A DNA stretch of 64,000 bases, from positions 37,354-101,353 of the forward strand of contig CALXES010000006.1 in NCBI GenBank assembly GCA_944387385.1, written 5' to 3'. The notes under the pieces are model-generated. The model saw nothing but the letters and a program-made list of their open reading frames with translations. It made no database searches and was not told the origin of the DNA. Every line of letters starts with the position of its first letter. Positions within the stretch are counted from its first letter, which is position 1. Shown piece after piece: positions 28,139-38,351 of this stretch. Source of the stretch: an uncultured Clostridia bacterium. Its GTDB lineage: Bacteria; Bacillota; Clostridia; TANB77; CAG-465. A program made the translations under genes and the position numbers.

Positions 28139-28167
28139 TTGACAAATACCCCTAAGGGGTATATAAT
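28139..28167 (+). promoter_or_regulatory. csoR-copZA promoter (TTGACA-17-TATAAT) with CsoR-type operator in the spacer
   Basis: -35 TTGACA at 28139-28144 and -10 TATAAT at 28162-28167. The GC-rich dyad ATACCCC-TAA-GGGGTAT at 28146-28162 lies between them. Confidence 0.8.
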
Positions 28168-28184
28168 CTTGGTGGTGGTGAGTT

Positions 28185-28487
28185 ATGGAAAACAAAAAAT
28201 GTAATAATTGTATAAAACATACTTATAGAACAGAAGAAGAGAAAAAAAATATAAATAGAAGGCTAAATATTATTGAAGGGCAGATAAAAGGAATAAAACA
28301 GATGATAGATGATGATAGATATTGTGATGATATTTTGACTCAGTTATTAGCTGTAAATAAAGCCTTAGAAAGCTTGGAAAATAATATATTAGAAAATCAC
28401 ATTAAAACTTGTATTACTAAGGAATTAAAAGCTGGAAATGATGATATAATACAAGAAGTGATGAGCTTAGTTAAAAGATTAAGATAA
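28185..28487 (+). CDS. csoR: Copper-sensing repressor CsoR
   Basis: 100 aa. RLNIIEGQIKGI motif and conserved Cys/His/Cys positions (C46, H72, C76). Confidence 0.85.
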   Translation: MENKKCNNCIKHTYRTEEEKKNINRRLNIIEGQIKGIKQMIDDDRYCDDILTQLLAVNKALESLENNILENHIKTCITKELKAGNDDIIQEVMSLVKRLR

Positions 28488-28506
28488 AATTTAGGAGGTA
28501 ATTGTT

Positions 28507-28713
28507 ATGAATAAAGTAGAACTTAAAATTGAAGGAATGCATTGTACAGGATGCTCAAGTAGATTAGAGAAGGTATTAAATAACTTAGATGGAGTAAAAG
28601 CACAAGTTAGCTTTGAAGATAAAAAAGCAATAGTAGAATATGATGATACAAAAACATCATTAGATGATATTAAAGAGGCAATTGGTGACGCTGGTTTTGA
28701 ATATAAGGAGTAG
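28507..28713 (+). CDS. copZ: Copper chaperone CopZ (HMA domain)
   Basis: 68 aa with the GMHCTGC metal-binding motif. Confidence 0.85.
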   Translation: MNKVELKIEGMHCTGCSSRLEKVLNNLDGVKAQVSFEDKKAIVEYDDTKTSLDDIKEAIGDAGFEYKE

Positions 28714-28718
28714 ATATT

Positions 28719-30923
28719 TTGAAAAAGGTATTATTAAAAATAGGAGGAATGACTTGTAGTGCTTGTTCTTCAGGTCTAGAAAAATATTTAAATAAACAAG
28801 ATGGGGTAACAGCATCAGTAAATTTAGTTATGAATAATGCTGCAATCGAATATGATGATGAAAAATTATCAATAGATGATATAGAAAAATTTATATCTAA
28901 AGCAGGATTTGAAAGTCTTGGAATAGATAAATTTGAAAAAGAAGAAAAGAGAAAAGCAAACGAGAAATATAAATTAATAGTACTTGCTATTCTTGCTGTT
29001 ATTACGTTGTATGTTTCTATGTCACATATGGTGGGACTACCACAAATACCATTTTTAGATATGTCAGAATGTCCATTAAACTATGCCATTTCTTTATTTA
29101 TTCTTGCATGTATAGTAATGTTTATTGGAAGAGATATTTTAAAAAATGGAATTAAAAACTTAATACATTTAACGCCAAATATGGATACTCTAGTTACAAT
29201 AGGAGTATTTGCAAGTATGGCTTATAGTATTTATTCTACGTACATGATTTTTAGTGGAGATAATACCTATACATCAAAATTATATTTTGAATCTGTAGCT
29301 ATAATTATTGCATTCATTAAAATTGGTAAATACATTGAAGGTAGAAATAAAGATAAAACAAAAGAAGCTTTACAAGAGCTAATGTCAATTACACCTAATC
29401 TTGCAATAGTACTAAGAAATGGAAAAGAAAAAACAGTAACTCTTGATGAAATAAAAAAGGGGGATATTGTTGTTTGTAAACCTGGGCAAAAGATAGCAGT
29501 AGATGGTACAGTAACAGATGGAACAACTCATATAGATGAGTCTTTTATAACAGGAGAAAGTGTACCTGTAAAAAGGGAAAAAGGAGATAAAGTAATAGCT
29601 GGAAGTATTAATTATGAAGGAGCCATTTATTATGAAGCAGAAAAAATTGGAAAAGAATCAACAGTTTCAGAAATTGTAAGAATGGTTGCAGAAGCAACTA
29701 ATACCAAAGCTCCTATTTCAAGAATTGCAGATAAAATTAGTGGTATTTTTGTACCAGTTGTAATAGCTCTTGCAGTTATTTGTTTTATTGCTTGGCTTGT
29801 AATATCTAAAGATATAGCTACTGCAATAAATACTTTTGTAAGTATCTTAGTTGTTGCATGTCCTTGCAGTTTAGGTCTTGCTACACCTCTTGCAATAGTT
29901 ATTGCATCAGGAGAGTGTACAAAACGAGGACTTCTTGTAAAATCAAGTGAAGCATTAGAAAATGCACATAAAGTAAAAACAATTGTATTAGATAAAACTG
30001 GGACAATTACAAAAGGAAAACTTACTGTTTCAAAAATATTTAATTATAGTGATTTAAAAGATAAAGAAATATTGAAAGTTATAGCAAGTATTGAAAAAAA
30101 GTCAGAGCATCCTATTGCAAGAGCAATTGTAAATGAGGCAGAAGAAAAAAATATTGAGCTTTTAGAAATTAGTGACTTTAAAGCAATACCAGGATTTGGT
30201 GTATATGCAAAAATAAATAATGATAAGTTTTATATAGGAAATAAAAAGCTAATGGATGACAATAATATTAAAGCTAATGTAGAAAATGATTTAGATTCTC
30301 TTATTACTCAAGGAAATAGTGTTCTTTTTGTTTCAAAAAATGGAGAATTAATTGCTTTGATTGGAGTAAAAGATGTTATAAAGGAAAATGTAAAAGAAGT
30401 GATTTCCAAAATTAAAGAAAAAAATATTAATGTTATAATGCTTACAGGAGATAACGAAAAGACAGCACAGGTAATAGCAAATGAAGTAGGAATAGAAAAT
30501 GTAAGAGCTAATGTCTTGCCGTCTGAGAAAGCACAAATTATAAAAGAGCTAAAAAAAGATGGACTTGTTATGATGTGTGGAGACGGAATAAATGATAGTG
30601 TAAGCTTAGTTACAGCAGATATTGGTGTATCAGTTTCTACTGGAACAGATATTGCAATGGATAGTAGTAATGTTGTAATTATGAATGATAATTTAGATAG
30701 AATTAATGATTTGATTATTATAAGTAAAAAGACTATAATAAATATTAAAGAAAATCTATTTTGGGCATTTATATATAATATATGTATGATACCAGTTGCT
30801 ATGGGATTATTAAGTCCATTTGGAATAACAATGAATCCAATGTTTGGAGCACTTGCTATGACACTTAGTAGCATAACAGTTGTATTAAATGCACTTAGAC
30901 TAAAAAATATTAAAATAAAATGA
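28719..30923 (+). CDS. copA: Copper-translocating P1B-type ATPase
   Basis: N-terminal GMTCSACS HMA domain, CPC in the TM region, DKTGTIT phosphorylation site and GDGINDS hinge. TTG start with SD AAGGAG. Confidence 0.9.
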   Translation: MKKVLLKIGGMTCSACSSGLEKYLNKQDGVTASVNLVMNNAAIEYDDEKLSIDDIEKFISKAGFESLGIDKFEKEEKRKANEKYKLIVLAILAVITLYVSMSHMVGLPQIPFLDMSECPLNYAISLFILACIVMFIGRDILKNGIKNLIHLTPNMDTLVTIGVFASMAYSIYSTYMIFSGDNTYTSKLYFESVAIIIAFIKIGKYIEGRNKDKTKEALQELMSITPNLAIVLRNGKEKTVTLDEIKKGDIVVCKPGQKIAVDGTVTDGTTHIDESFITGESVPVKREKGDKVIAGSINYEGAIYYEAEKIGKESTVSEIVRMVAEATNTKAPISRIADKISGIFVPVVIALAVICFIAWLVISKDIATAINTFVSILVVACPCSLGLATPLAIVIASGECTKRGLLVKSSEALENAHKVKTIVLDKTGTITKGKLTVSKIFNYSDLKDKEILKVIASIEKKSEHPIARAIVNEAEEKNIELLEISDFKAIPGFGVYAKINNDKFYIGNKKLMDDNNIKANVENDLDSLITQGNSVLFVSKNGELIALIGVKDVIKENVKEVISKIKEKNINVIMLTGDNEKTAQVIANEVGIENVRANVLPSEKAQIIKELKKDGLVMMCGDGINDSVSLVTADIGVSVSTGTDIAMDSSNVVIMNDNLDRINDLIIISKKTIINIKENLFWAFIYNICMIPVAMGLLSPFGITMNPMFGALAMTLSSITVVLNALRLKNIKIK

Positions 30924-30939
30924 TTGGAGGAAATAGTAA

Positions 30940-31518
30940 ATGAGTATTACAAGAGAGGAAGCTTTAAAATTATTAAAAGAATATAATAGTGAACCATTTC
31001 ACTTAAGACATGGACTTACAGTAGAAGGTGTAATGAGATATTTTGCTAGAGATTTAGGATATGGTAACGAAGAAGAAAAGTGGGGAATAGTAGGACTATT
31101 ACATGATTTAGATTTTGAAAAGTATCCAGAAGAGCATTGTATAAAATCTCAAGAAATAATGAGAGAAAATGGAATAGATGAAGATATAATTCATGCAACA
31201 GCGAGTCATGGATATAATTTAACAGTAGATATTAAACCTGAACATGAGATGGAAAAGGTACTTTATGCAGTAGACGAACTTACAGGTCTAATAGGCGCTG
31301 CAGTTCTTATGAGACCTTCAAAGAGTTCTAAAGATTTAGAGCTTAAATCAATGAAGAAAAAGTTTAAAGATAAAAGATTTGCTGCAGGCTGTTCAAGAGA
31401 TGTTATAGCTACAGGCGCAGAGATGCTTGGATGGAGCTTAGATGATTTAATGGATAAAACAATACTTGCAATGAGAGATTGTGAAGATAAAGTAAATGAA
31501 GAAATGGGAGAAAATTAA
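30940..31518 (+). CDS. HD-domain phosphohydrolase-like protein
   Basis: H..(LLHDLD) HD motif. 192 aa. Confidence 0.65.
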   Translation: MSITREEALKLLKEYNSEPFHLRHGLTVEGVMRYFARDLGYGNEEEKWGIVGLLHDLDFEKYPEEHCIKSQEIMRENGIDEDIIHATASHGYNLTVDIKPEHEMEKVLYAVDELTGLIGAAVLMRPSKSSKDLELKSMKKKFKDKRFAAGCSRDVIATGAEMLGWSLDDLMDKTILAMRDCEDKVNEEMGEN

Positions 31519-32207
31519 TGGAGAGTGAGTTTTCTAGAGAAGAACTTTTAATAGGAAAACAAAATGTAGATAAATTACATTTAAAAAAAGTTGCTATATT
31601 TGGAGTAGGTGGAGTTGGATCTTTTGTTGTTGAGGGACTTGCAAGGGCCGGAATTGGAAATTTTATTTTAATAGATAATGATATAGTAGACATTACTAAT
31701 TTAAATAGACAGCTTCATGCACTTCATAGTACAATTGGAAAATATAAAGTAGATTTAATGAAAGAAAGAATTTTAGATATAAATCCTAGGGCCAGAGTTG
31801 AAGTATATAGAGAATTTTATGAATCAAATGAAAAAAATAAAATCTTAGACTCTAGTGTTAATTATATAGTTGATGCAATAGACTCTGTAAAATCTAAAAT
31901 TAATCTTGCAAAGGATGCACAAGAATTAAACATTCCAATAATTTCTTCAATGGGAACTGGAAACAAACTTGACCCTACTAAATTTGAAATATCAGATATT
32001 AGTAAGACAAGTGTTTGTCCACTTGCAAGAGTTATGAGAAAAGAGCTAAAAAAGATTGGAATAAAAAAATATAAAGTGTTATATTCTAGAGAAGATCCAA
32101 TAAAGTCAGATGAAAAAAATCCTGGTAGTATTTCTTTTGTACCATCTGTTGCTGGGCTTATTATATCAGGAGAAGTCATTAAAGATATTATTAAAATGGG
32201 AGAATAA
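31518..32207 (+). CDS. tcdA: tRNA threonylcarbamoyladenosine dehydratase (ThiF/E1-like)
   Basis: GVGGVGS nucleotide-binding loop followed by IDNDIVDITNLNRQ. Its ATG overlaps the previous stop (TAATG). Confidence 0.75.
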   Translation: MESEFSREELLIGKQNVDKLHLKKVAIFGVGGVGSFVVEGLARAGIGNFILIDNDIVDITNLNRQLHALHSTIGKYKVDLMKERILDINPRARVEVYREFYESNEKNKILDSSVNYIVDAIDSVKSKINLAKDAQELNIPIISSMGTGNKLDPTKFEISDISKTSVCPLARVMRKELKKIGIKKYKVLYSREDPIKSDEKNPGSISFVPSVAGLIISGEVIKDIIKMGE

Positions 32208-32208
32208 A

Positions 32209-33063
32209 ATGGAAGAAAGATATAAAGACATAGAAAATAGTATTACATCAACATTTAGAAAAAATATATGGCTTAAGTTTGTTCAAGGGATAAAAGAGTT
32301 TGAAATGATAAAAGATGGAGATAAAATTGCTGTATGTATTTCAGGAGGAAAGGACTCAATGTTGCTTGCAAAATGCATGCAAGAGATAAAAAGACATCGA
32401 CAAATGGAATTTGAGCTAGTATTTATAGTTATGGATCCAGGATACAATGAGATAAATAGACAAAAAATAATAGATAATGCAAAATTACTTAATATACCTA
32501 TAACAATATTTAATAGTAATATTTTTCAAGTTGTAGAAAAAATTGATGATCATCCATGCTATTTATGTGCAAGAATGAGAAGAGGTCATTTATATAAAAA
32601 GGCAAGAGAACTAGGGTGCAATAAAATTGCCCTTGGACATCATTTTGACGATGTAGTCGAGACAATACTTATGGGAATGCTATATGGTGCTCAAATGCAG
32701 ACAATGATGCCAAAGCTTCATAGTACTTTTCATGAAGGGATGGAGCTTATACGACCGCTTTATTATGTTAAAGAGGCAGATATTATTGCATGGAAAGATT
32801 ATAATAAATTAGAATTTATACAATGTGCATGTAAGATAACAGAAAAGTATACAAATCCAGGAAATAATGAAGCAGCATCAAAAAGAGAAGAAATGAAGAA
32901 TCTGTTAAAACAATTGCGAAGCGTATATGATAAAGTGGATATGAACATATATAATAGTACAAAAAATGTTAATTTAAATACAATAATTTCGTATGTTAAA
33001 GATGGAAAAGTACATCACTTTTTGGATGATTATGATAGAAAAAATGAAGATAAGGATGTGTGA
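32209..33063 (+). CDS. ttcA: PP-loop ATPase of the TtcA (tRNA 2-thiolation) family
   Basis: PP-loop CISGGKDS, and Cys pairs CYLC and CAC. Start set to the ATG at 32209, because the track's upstream extension overlaps tcdA. Confidence 0.65.
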   Translation: MEERYKDIENSITSTFRKNIWLKFVQGIKEFEMIKDGDKIAVCISGGKDSMLLAKCMQEIKRHRQMEFELVFIVMDPGYNEINRQKIIDNAKLLNIPITIFNSNIFQVVEKIDDHPCYLCARMRRGHLYKKARELGCNKIALGHHFDDVVETILMGMLYGAQMQTMMPKLHSTFHEGMELIRPLYYVKEADIIAWKDYNKLEFIQCACKITEKYTNPGNNEAASKREEMKNLLKQLRSVYDKVDMNIYNSTKNVNLNTIISYVKDGKVHHFLDDYDRKNEDKDV

Positions 33064-33067
33064 TAAG

Positions 33068-33547
33068 ATGATTATAGAGTATGAAGATAAGTATATTGAA
33101 GAAGTAAGAGATTTACTTGTAGAACTTGAAGAGTATATTGTAAGTATAGATAAAGATGAGCTTGATATTGTTGGAGAGGACTATAGAGAAAAATATATAG
33201 TAAACTTATTAAATGAAGTAAATGAAAACAATGGAAAAATTTATTTAGATATTGAGGATAATAGAGTAGTGGGAATGATTGCAGGAGCAATCAGAAAATA
33301 TTCAGAAGAGGACAGATTAGATTATAAATGTCCTAAAGCTGGTGTAGTACTTGAGCTTGTAACCACACAAAAAGAAAGATCTAAAGGAATAGGAAGAAAG
33401 CTTTTAAATAAAATCGAGGAATATTTTAAAACACTTGATTGTGAGTATGTGTATATTGACGTTTTTGCATATAATGAGAACGCGAAAAGATTTTATGAAA
33501 AAAGCGATTACCATGCAAGAATGCATACATATATTAAAAAAATATAA
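33068..33547 (+). CDS. GNAT family N-acetyltransferase
   Basis: Acetyl-CoA motif QKERSKGIGRKLLNKI. Start set to the ATG at 33068, just after the ttcA-like stop. Confidence 0.7.
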   Translation: MIIEYEDKYIEEVRDLLVELEEYIVSIDKDELDIVGEDYREKYIVNLLNEVNENNGKIYLDIEDNRVVGMIAGAIRKYSEEDRLDYKCPKAGVVLELVTTQKERSKGIGRKLLNKIEEYFKTLDCEYVYIDVFAYNENAKRFYEKSDYHARMHTYIKKI

Positions 33548-33552
33548 AAAAT

Positions 33553-33591
33553 AAAAACATAAAAAAGCGTTTTAAACTTTTTTATGTTTTT
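33553..33591. terminator. Bidirectional terminator between convergent GNAT and htpG genes
   Basis: Perfect 15-bp AT-rich stem AAAAACATAAAAAAG / CTTTTTTATGTTTTT. Confidence 0.7.
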
Positions 33592-33597
33592 ATTATA

Positions 33598-35481
33598 TTA
33601 TTTTGCCATTATATCACAAATTAAATTAGAAATTTCAGTAGGATTTTCTACACTCATTCCTTCAATAAGTCTAGCTTGTGAATAAAGTATTTTAGTATAA
33701 TCTTTTAGTTTTTCTTTATCTTCTGTATATAATTCTTTTAGTTTGTTTGCAATTGGATGATCGTCATTTATTTCAAGTACTTTTTGTGCTTTTACATTTT
33801 GATCTGTAGGCATTGCATTAATTACTTTTTCCATTTCAAGTGATATTGCACCTTCACTAGTAAGACATACTGGATGATTTTTTAGTCTATGTGTAAATCT
33901 AACAAGTTGAACTTCATCATTTAATGCATTTTTCATTGCATCTAACATCTCTTTATTTTCTTCATTTTCTTTTTTTAGTTTTTCTTTTTCTTCTTCAGAA
34001 TCTAAATCTAATTCATTTGTACATATATTAGTGAATTTTTTATCATTATAGTTTGATAAAGAATGTACAACAAATTCATCTATATTTTCTGTTAAATATA
34101 GTATTTCATATCCTTTTTCTTTAACTTTTTCAACTTGTGGTAGCATATCTATTTTATCTAATGTTTCACCACAAGCGTAATATATTTCTTTTTGTTCTTC
34201 CTTCATTCTTTCTACATATTCTTTTAAAGTAGTAAGTTTTTTATCGTTAGAAGAGTAGAACATTAAAAGATCTTTTAATTTATCTTTATCCATTCCATAA
34301 TTGTCGTATGCACCATATTTAAGCTGTGTGCCGAAATTATTAAATAATTTAATGTATTCATCTCTTTGATCATTTAACATTTTTGTAAGCTCAGAATTAA
34401 TTTTCTTTTCAATATTTTTAGCAAGAGTTTTTAATTGTCTATCATGTTGTAGCATCTCTCTTGAAATATTTAAAGATAAATCTGGACTATCAACTAAGCC
34501 TTTAACAAAACTAAAGTAATCTGGAAGTAGTTCCTCACATTTTTCCATTATTAATACTCCGTTAGAATATAATTGTAATCCTTTTTCGTATTGTTTAGTG
34601 TAAAAGTCATATGGTAGATGTGAAGGAATAAATAGTAATGCATTATAGCTAAAAGTACCTTCAGCTTGAGTGTGAATAACTTTTTGAGGCTTACTAAAAT
34701 CTGAAAATTTAGAAGTATAGAAAGAATCATATTCTTCTTGTTTTATTTCAGACTTTTTCTTTTTCCAAAGTGGAATCATACTATTCAATGTCTCAGTTTC
34801 TTTTACTTTTTCATATTCGTTTTTAGTTCCTTCTTTTAATTTTTCATGCTCAACATCCATAAGAATTGGATAACGAATATAGTCTGAATATTTTTTAACT
34901 AGATTTTTAATAACAAATTCCTCTAAATATTTGCTATATTTTTCATCCTCAGTATCTTCTTTTATTTTTAATATTATTTTTGTACCTATTTCATCTTTTT
35001 CTGTAGGTTCTATTGTATATCCTTCAACACCAGTTGAATGCCATTTATATGCTTGTTCATCATCTAGTGATTTAGATATTACTGTTACATCATTACTTAC
35101 CATAAAGCAAGAATAAAAACCAACACCAAATTGTCCAATTATATCAACATCATCTTGCTTTTCTTGTGCTTCTTTAAATGCAAGAGAACCACTTTTTGCA
35201 ATTGTTCCTAGGTTATTTTCTAGTTCTTCTTTGTTCATTCCACAACCATTATCTTCAATTATAAGTAGCTTATTTTCCTTATCTATAGATATTTTAATAT
35301 TTAATTTATCTTTATCTATAGTTTCTTTTTTTTGTGTCATAGAATTGTAGTAACGTTTGTCTAATGCGTCACTTGCATTAGAAATTAATTCTCTTAAAAA
35401 TATTTCTTTATTTGTATAAATAGAGTTAATCATTAAGTCTAATAGTCTTTTTGACTCAGCTTTAAATTGTTTTTCTCTCAT
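33598..35481 (-). CDS. htpG: Molecular chaperone HtpG (Hsp90)
   Basis: N-terminal [12 protein letters not shown] and GQFGVGFYS motifs. Start set to the ATG at 35481 (SD AAGGAG 9 nt upstream). Confidence 0.95.
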   Translation of the reverse strand: MREKQFKAESKRLLDLMINSIYTNKEIFLRELISNASDALDKRYYNSMTQKKETIDKDKLNIKISIDKENKLLIIEDNGCGMNKEELENNLGTIAKSGSLAFKEAQEKQDDVDIIGQFGVGFYSCFMVSNDVTVISKSLDDEQAYKWHSTGVEGYTIEPTEKDEIGTKIILKIKEDTEDEKYSKYLEEFVIKNLVKKYSDYIRYPILMDVEHEKLKEGTKNEYEKVKETETLNSMIPLWKKKKSEIKQEEYDSFYTSKFSDFSKPQKVIHTQAEGTFSYNALLFIPSHLPYDFYTKQYEKGLQLYSNGVLIMEKCEELLPDYFSFVKGLVDSPDLSLNISREMLQHDRQLKTLAKNIEKKINSELTKMLNDQRDEYIKLFNNFGTQLKYGAYDNYGMDKDKLKDLLMFYSSNDKKLTTLKEYVERMKEEQKEIYYACGETLDKIDMLPQVEKVKEKGYEILYLTENIDEFVVHSLSNYNDKKFTNICTNELDLDSEEEKEKLKKENEENKEMLDAMKNALNDEVQLVRFTHRLKNHPVCLTSEGAISLEMEKVINAMPTDQNVKAQKVLEINDDHPIANKLKELYTEDKEKLKDYTKILYSQARLIEGMSVENPTEISNLICDIMAK

Positions 35482-35508
35482 TAAAAACATCTCCTTTTAC
35501 AATTAGTA

Positions 35509-35551
35509 ATTATATACCCGCTAGTTAGCAGTGTCAAGTTAAGAGTGCTAA
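35509..35551 (-). promoter_or_regulatory. htpG promoter (TTGACA-17-TATAAT on the minus strand) overlapped by CIRCE element 1
   Basis: CIRCE 1 is TTAGCAGTG-N9-GAGTGCTAA at 35525-35551. On the minus strand, the -35 at 35537-35532 lies inside the CIRCE spacer and the -10 is at 35514-35509. Confidence 0.8.
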
Positions 35552-35564
35552 TTTTTTAAAATTT

Positions 35565-35607
35565 TTAGCACTCTAATATTGAAAGTGCTAAAATAACGTG
35601 ATATAAT
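35565..35607 (+). promoter_or_regulatory. clpB promoter (TTGAAA-17-TATAAT) overlapped by CIRCE element 2
   Basis: CIRCE 2 is TTAGCACTC-N9-AAGTGCTAA at 35565-35591. The -35 TTGAAA is at 35579-35584 and the -10 TATAAT at 35602-35607. Confidence 0.8.
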
Positions 35608-35666
35608 ATATGTTGCGTAAAAAAGTAATTTATGTATTATCTAAAATAAAAAAAGGAGGGATAATT

Positions 35667-38258
35667 ATGAATGCACAAAATTTTACACAAAAATCAATTG
35701 AAGCTATTAATGATGCTCAGTCAATTGCTACAGAAAATCAAAATCCACAAATAGAATTAGAGCATATATTACTTGCACTTTTAGAGCAAGAAAATAGCTT
35801 AATAAAAGAACTAATGAAGAAAATGGGAATTGCTGATACATTACAAGATGATATAGAAAGAAGAGTTAAAAGTATGCCAAAAGTTACAGGTGGTGCAAGA
35901 CCAAGTAATGGCATATATGTGTCTCAAGATGTTGATTTTGTTCTTCAAAGTGCTCAAAGCATTGCAAAAAGAATGAAAGATGAATATGTATCTGTTGAAC
36001 ATATTATGCTTGCAATTATAGATAAAGCTACTGGAGAGTTAAAAGAGATATTTAAAAAATATAATATTACCAAAACTGGATTTTTGAAAGTACTATCTAG
36101 TGTTAGAGGAAATACAAGAGTTACAACAGATAATCCAGAGGAGACATATGATGCATTAAAAAAATATGGTCAGAATTTAGTTGAACTTGCACGAAATCAA
36201 AAACTTGATCCTGTAATTGGTAGAGATAATGAGATTAGAAATGTAATTAGAATATTATCAAGAAAGACTAAAAACAATCCTTGTTTGATTGGAGAGCCAG
36301 GTGTTGGTAAAACAGCAATTGCAGAAGGACTTGCTTTACGTATTGTAAGAGGAGACGTTCCTGATGGCCTTAAAGATTCAACAATATTTTCGCTAGATAT
36401 GGGACTTCTTGTTGCTGGTGCTAAGTATAGAGGAGAATTTGAAGAAAGGTTAAAAGCTGTACTTCAAGAAATAAAAAAGAGTGAAGGAAAAATAATATTA
36501 TTTATAGATGAAATACATACTATAGTAGGTGCTGGAAAAACTGATGGTGCAATGGATGCTGGAAATATATTAAAGCCAATGCTTGCAAGAGGAGAACTAC
36601 ATTGTATAGGTGCAACAACTCTAAATGAATATAGAAAATATATAGAAAAGGATCAAGCTCTTGAAAGACGTTTTCAACCCGTAATGGTTGATGAGCCAAC
36701 TGTAGAAGATACTATTACAATACTTAGAGGATTAAAAGAAAGATATGAAGTATATCATGGTGTTAAAATTTCAGATAGTAGTCTTATTGCTGCAGCTACT
36801 TTATCTAATAGGTATATTACAGATAGATTTTTGCCAGATAAAGCAATAGACTTAGTAGATGAAGCTTGTGCAATGATAAAAACAGAAATGGAATCAATGC
36901 CTATAGAACTTGATGAAATTTCAAGAAAGATAATGCAGCTTGAAATAGAAGAAACTGCTTTAAGTAAAGAAAAAGATGAAATGTCAAAAAAGAGGCTTTC
37001 AAATATATCTAAAGAAAAAGCAGAATTAAAATCTAAATTTGATGGAATGAAGGCAAAATGGGAAAATGAGAAAGAAGCAATTGTTAAAGTTCAAAAATTG
37101 CGTGAAGAGATTGAGAGTGTAAATGCACAAATAGAAAAGGCAGAAAGAAATTATGAATTAAACAAAGCTGCTGAACTTAAGTATGGCAAGTTGCCAAAAT
37201 TACAACAAGAATTAAAAATTGAAGAAGAGTTATCAGAAAAGAGTAAAGAAGATGGACTATTAAGAAACAAAGTTACTGATGATGAAATTGCAAAAATTGT
37301 ATCTAGATGGACTGGAATACCTGTTGCAAAATTAATGGAAGGTGAAAGAGAGAAAATACTTCATTTAGGAGAATTGCTACACAAAAGAGTAATAGGTCAA
37401 GATGAGGCAGTTGAAAAAGTATCTGAGGCAATTATGCGTTCTAGAGCAGGAATTGGAGATCCTCGTAAACCAATAGGTTCATTTCTTTTCCTAGGTCCTA
37501 CTGGTGTTGGTAAAACAGAACTTGCAAAGTCTCTTGCAGAGTGTCTTTTTGATGATGAGCATAATATGGTAAGAATAGATATGTCCGAATATATGGAAAA
37601 ATATTCTGTTTCAAGATTAATTGGTGCACCTCCAGGATATGTAGGATATGAAGAAGGTGGTCAATTAACAGAGGCTGTAAGAAGAAAACCATATTCTGTA
37701 GTATTATTTGATGAAATAGAAAAGGCACATCCAGACGTATTTAATATATTGCTTCAAGTTTTAGATGATGGAAGAATAACTGATTCACAAGGAAGAACAG
37801 TAGATTTTAAAAATACTATAATTATACTTACATCTAATTTAGGATCAGAGTATATACTTGAAGGAATAGAAAAAGATGGAACTATATCTCAAGATGCAAA
37901 AGATAAAGTTAATATGCTTCTTAAAAAGAGTTTTAGACCAGAATTTTTAAATCGTTTAGATGAAATAGTATTTTATAAACCACTTATGAAACAAGAGGTA
38001 AGTAAAATATTAGAATTACTTATTAAAGACCTTGAGAAGAGACTAGAAGATAAAAGAATTACTATAGAATTAACTCAAAGTGCAAAGGATTATTTAATAG
38101 ATAATGGATATGATGAAGTTTATGGTGCAAGACCTTTAAAAAGATTTGTTCAGAAAAAATTAGAGACTTTAATGGCAAAAGAAATATTAAAAGAAAAAAT
38201 CTTGCCAGATTCTAAAGTTGAAATAGATTATAATGGTGATGAGCTTATTGTTAAATAA
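35667..38258 (+). CDS. clpB: ATP-dependent chaperone ClpB
   Basis: Two AAA+ modules ([17 protein letters not shown]) with a long middle coiled-coil. Start set to the ATG at 35667 (SD AAGGAGGG). Confidence 0.95.
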   Translation: MNAQNFTQKSIEAINDAQSIATENQNPQIELEHILLALLEQENSLIKELMKKMGIADTLQDDIERRVKSMPKVTGGARPSNGIYVSQDVDFVLQSAQSIAKRMKDEYVSVEHIMLAIIDKATGELKEIFKKYNITKTGFLKVLSSVRGNTRVTTDNPEETYDALKKYGQNLVELARNQKLDPVIGRDNEIRNVIRILSRKTKNNPCLIGEPGVGKTAIAEGLALRIVRGDVPDGLKDSTIFSLDMGLLVAGAKYRGEFEERLKAVLQEIKKSEGKIILFIDEIHTIVGAGKTDGAMDAGNILKPMLARGELHCIGATTLNEYRKYIEKDQALERRFQPVMVDEPTVEDTITILRGLKERYEVYHGVKISDSSLIAAATLSNRYITDRFLPDKAIDLVDEACAMIKTEMESMPIELDEISRKIMQLEIEETALSKEKDEMSKKRLSNISKEKAELKSKFDGMKAKWENEKEAIVKVQKLREEIESVNAQIEKAERNYELNKAAELKYGKLPKLQQELKIEEELSEKSKEDGLLRNKVTDDEIAKIVSRWTGIPVAKLMEGEREKILHLGELLHKRVIGQDEAVEKVSEAIMRSRAGIGDPRKPIGSFLFLGPTGVGKTELAKSLAECLFDDEHNMVRIDMSEYMEKYSVSRLIGAPPGYVGYEEGGQLTEAVRRKPYSVVLFDEIEKAHPDVFNILLQVLDDGRITDSQGRTVDFKNTIIILTSNLGSEYILEGIEKDGTISQDAKDKVNMLLKKSFRPEFLNRLDEIVFYKPLMKQEVSKILELLIKDLEKRLEDKRITIELTQSAKDYLIDNGYDEVYGARPLKRFVQKKLETLMAKEILKEKILPDSKVEIDYNGDELIVK

Positions 38259-38264
38259 TTAAAG

Positions 38265-38298
38265 AACTTACTAGACTTTTAGTTTAGTAAGTTTTTTT
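38265..38298 (+). terminator. Rho-independent terminator
   Basis: Stem AACTTACTA / TAGTAAGTT followed by T7. Confidence 0.7.
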
Positions 38299-38351
38299 AT
38301 ATTTTTTGGTTTTATTCATAAAATATTATTATATAGTAAATAGGAGAAAAT

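Noticed and set aside
30308-30874. 188-aa minus-strand ORF.
   Set aside because: It lies entirely antisense to copA (which has DKTGT and GDGINDS motifs). It is an Ile/Ser/Phe-rich shadow frame with no SD.
35534-35542. GTCAAG within the CIRCE 1 spacer, considered as a possible CtsR half-site.
   Set aside because: The CtsR operator needs a tandem GGTCAAA heptad repeat. Only one partial match is present, and it is explained as the htpG -35 on the opposite strand.
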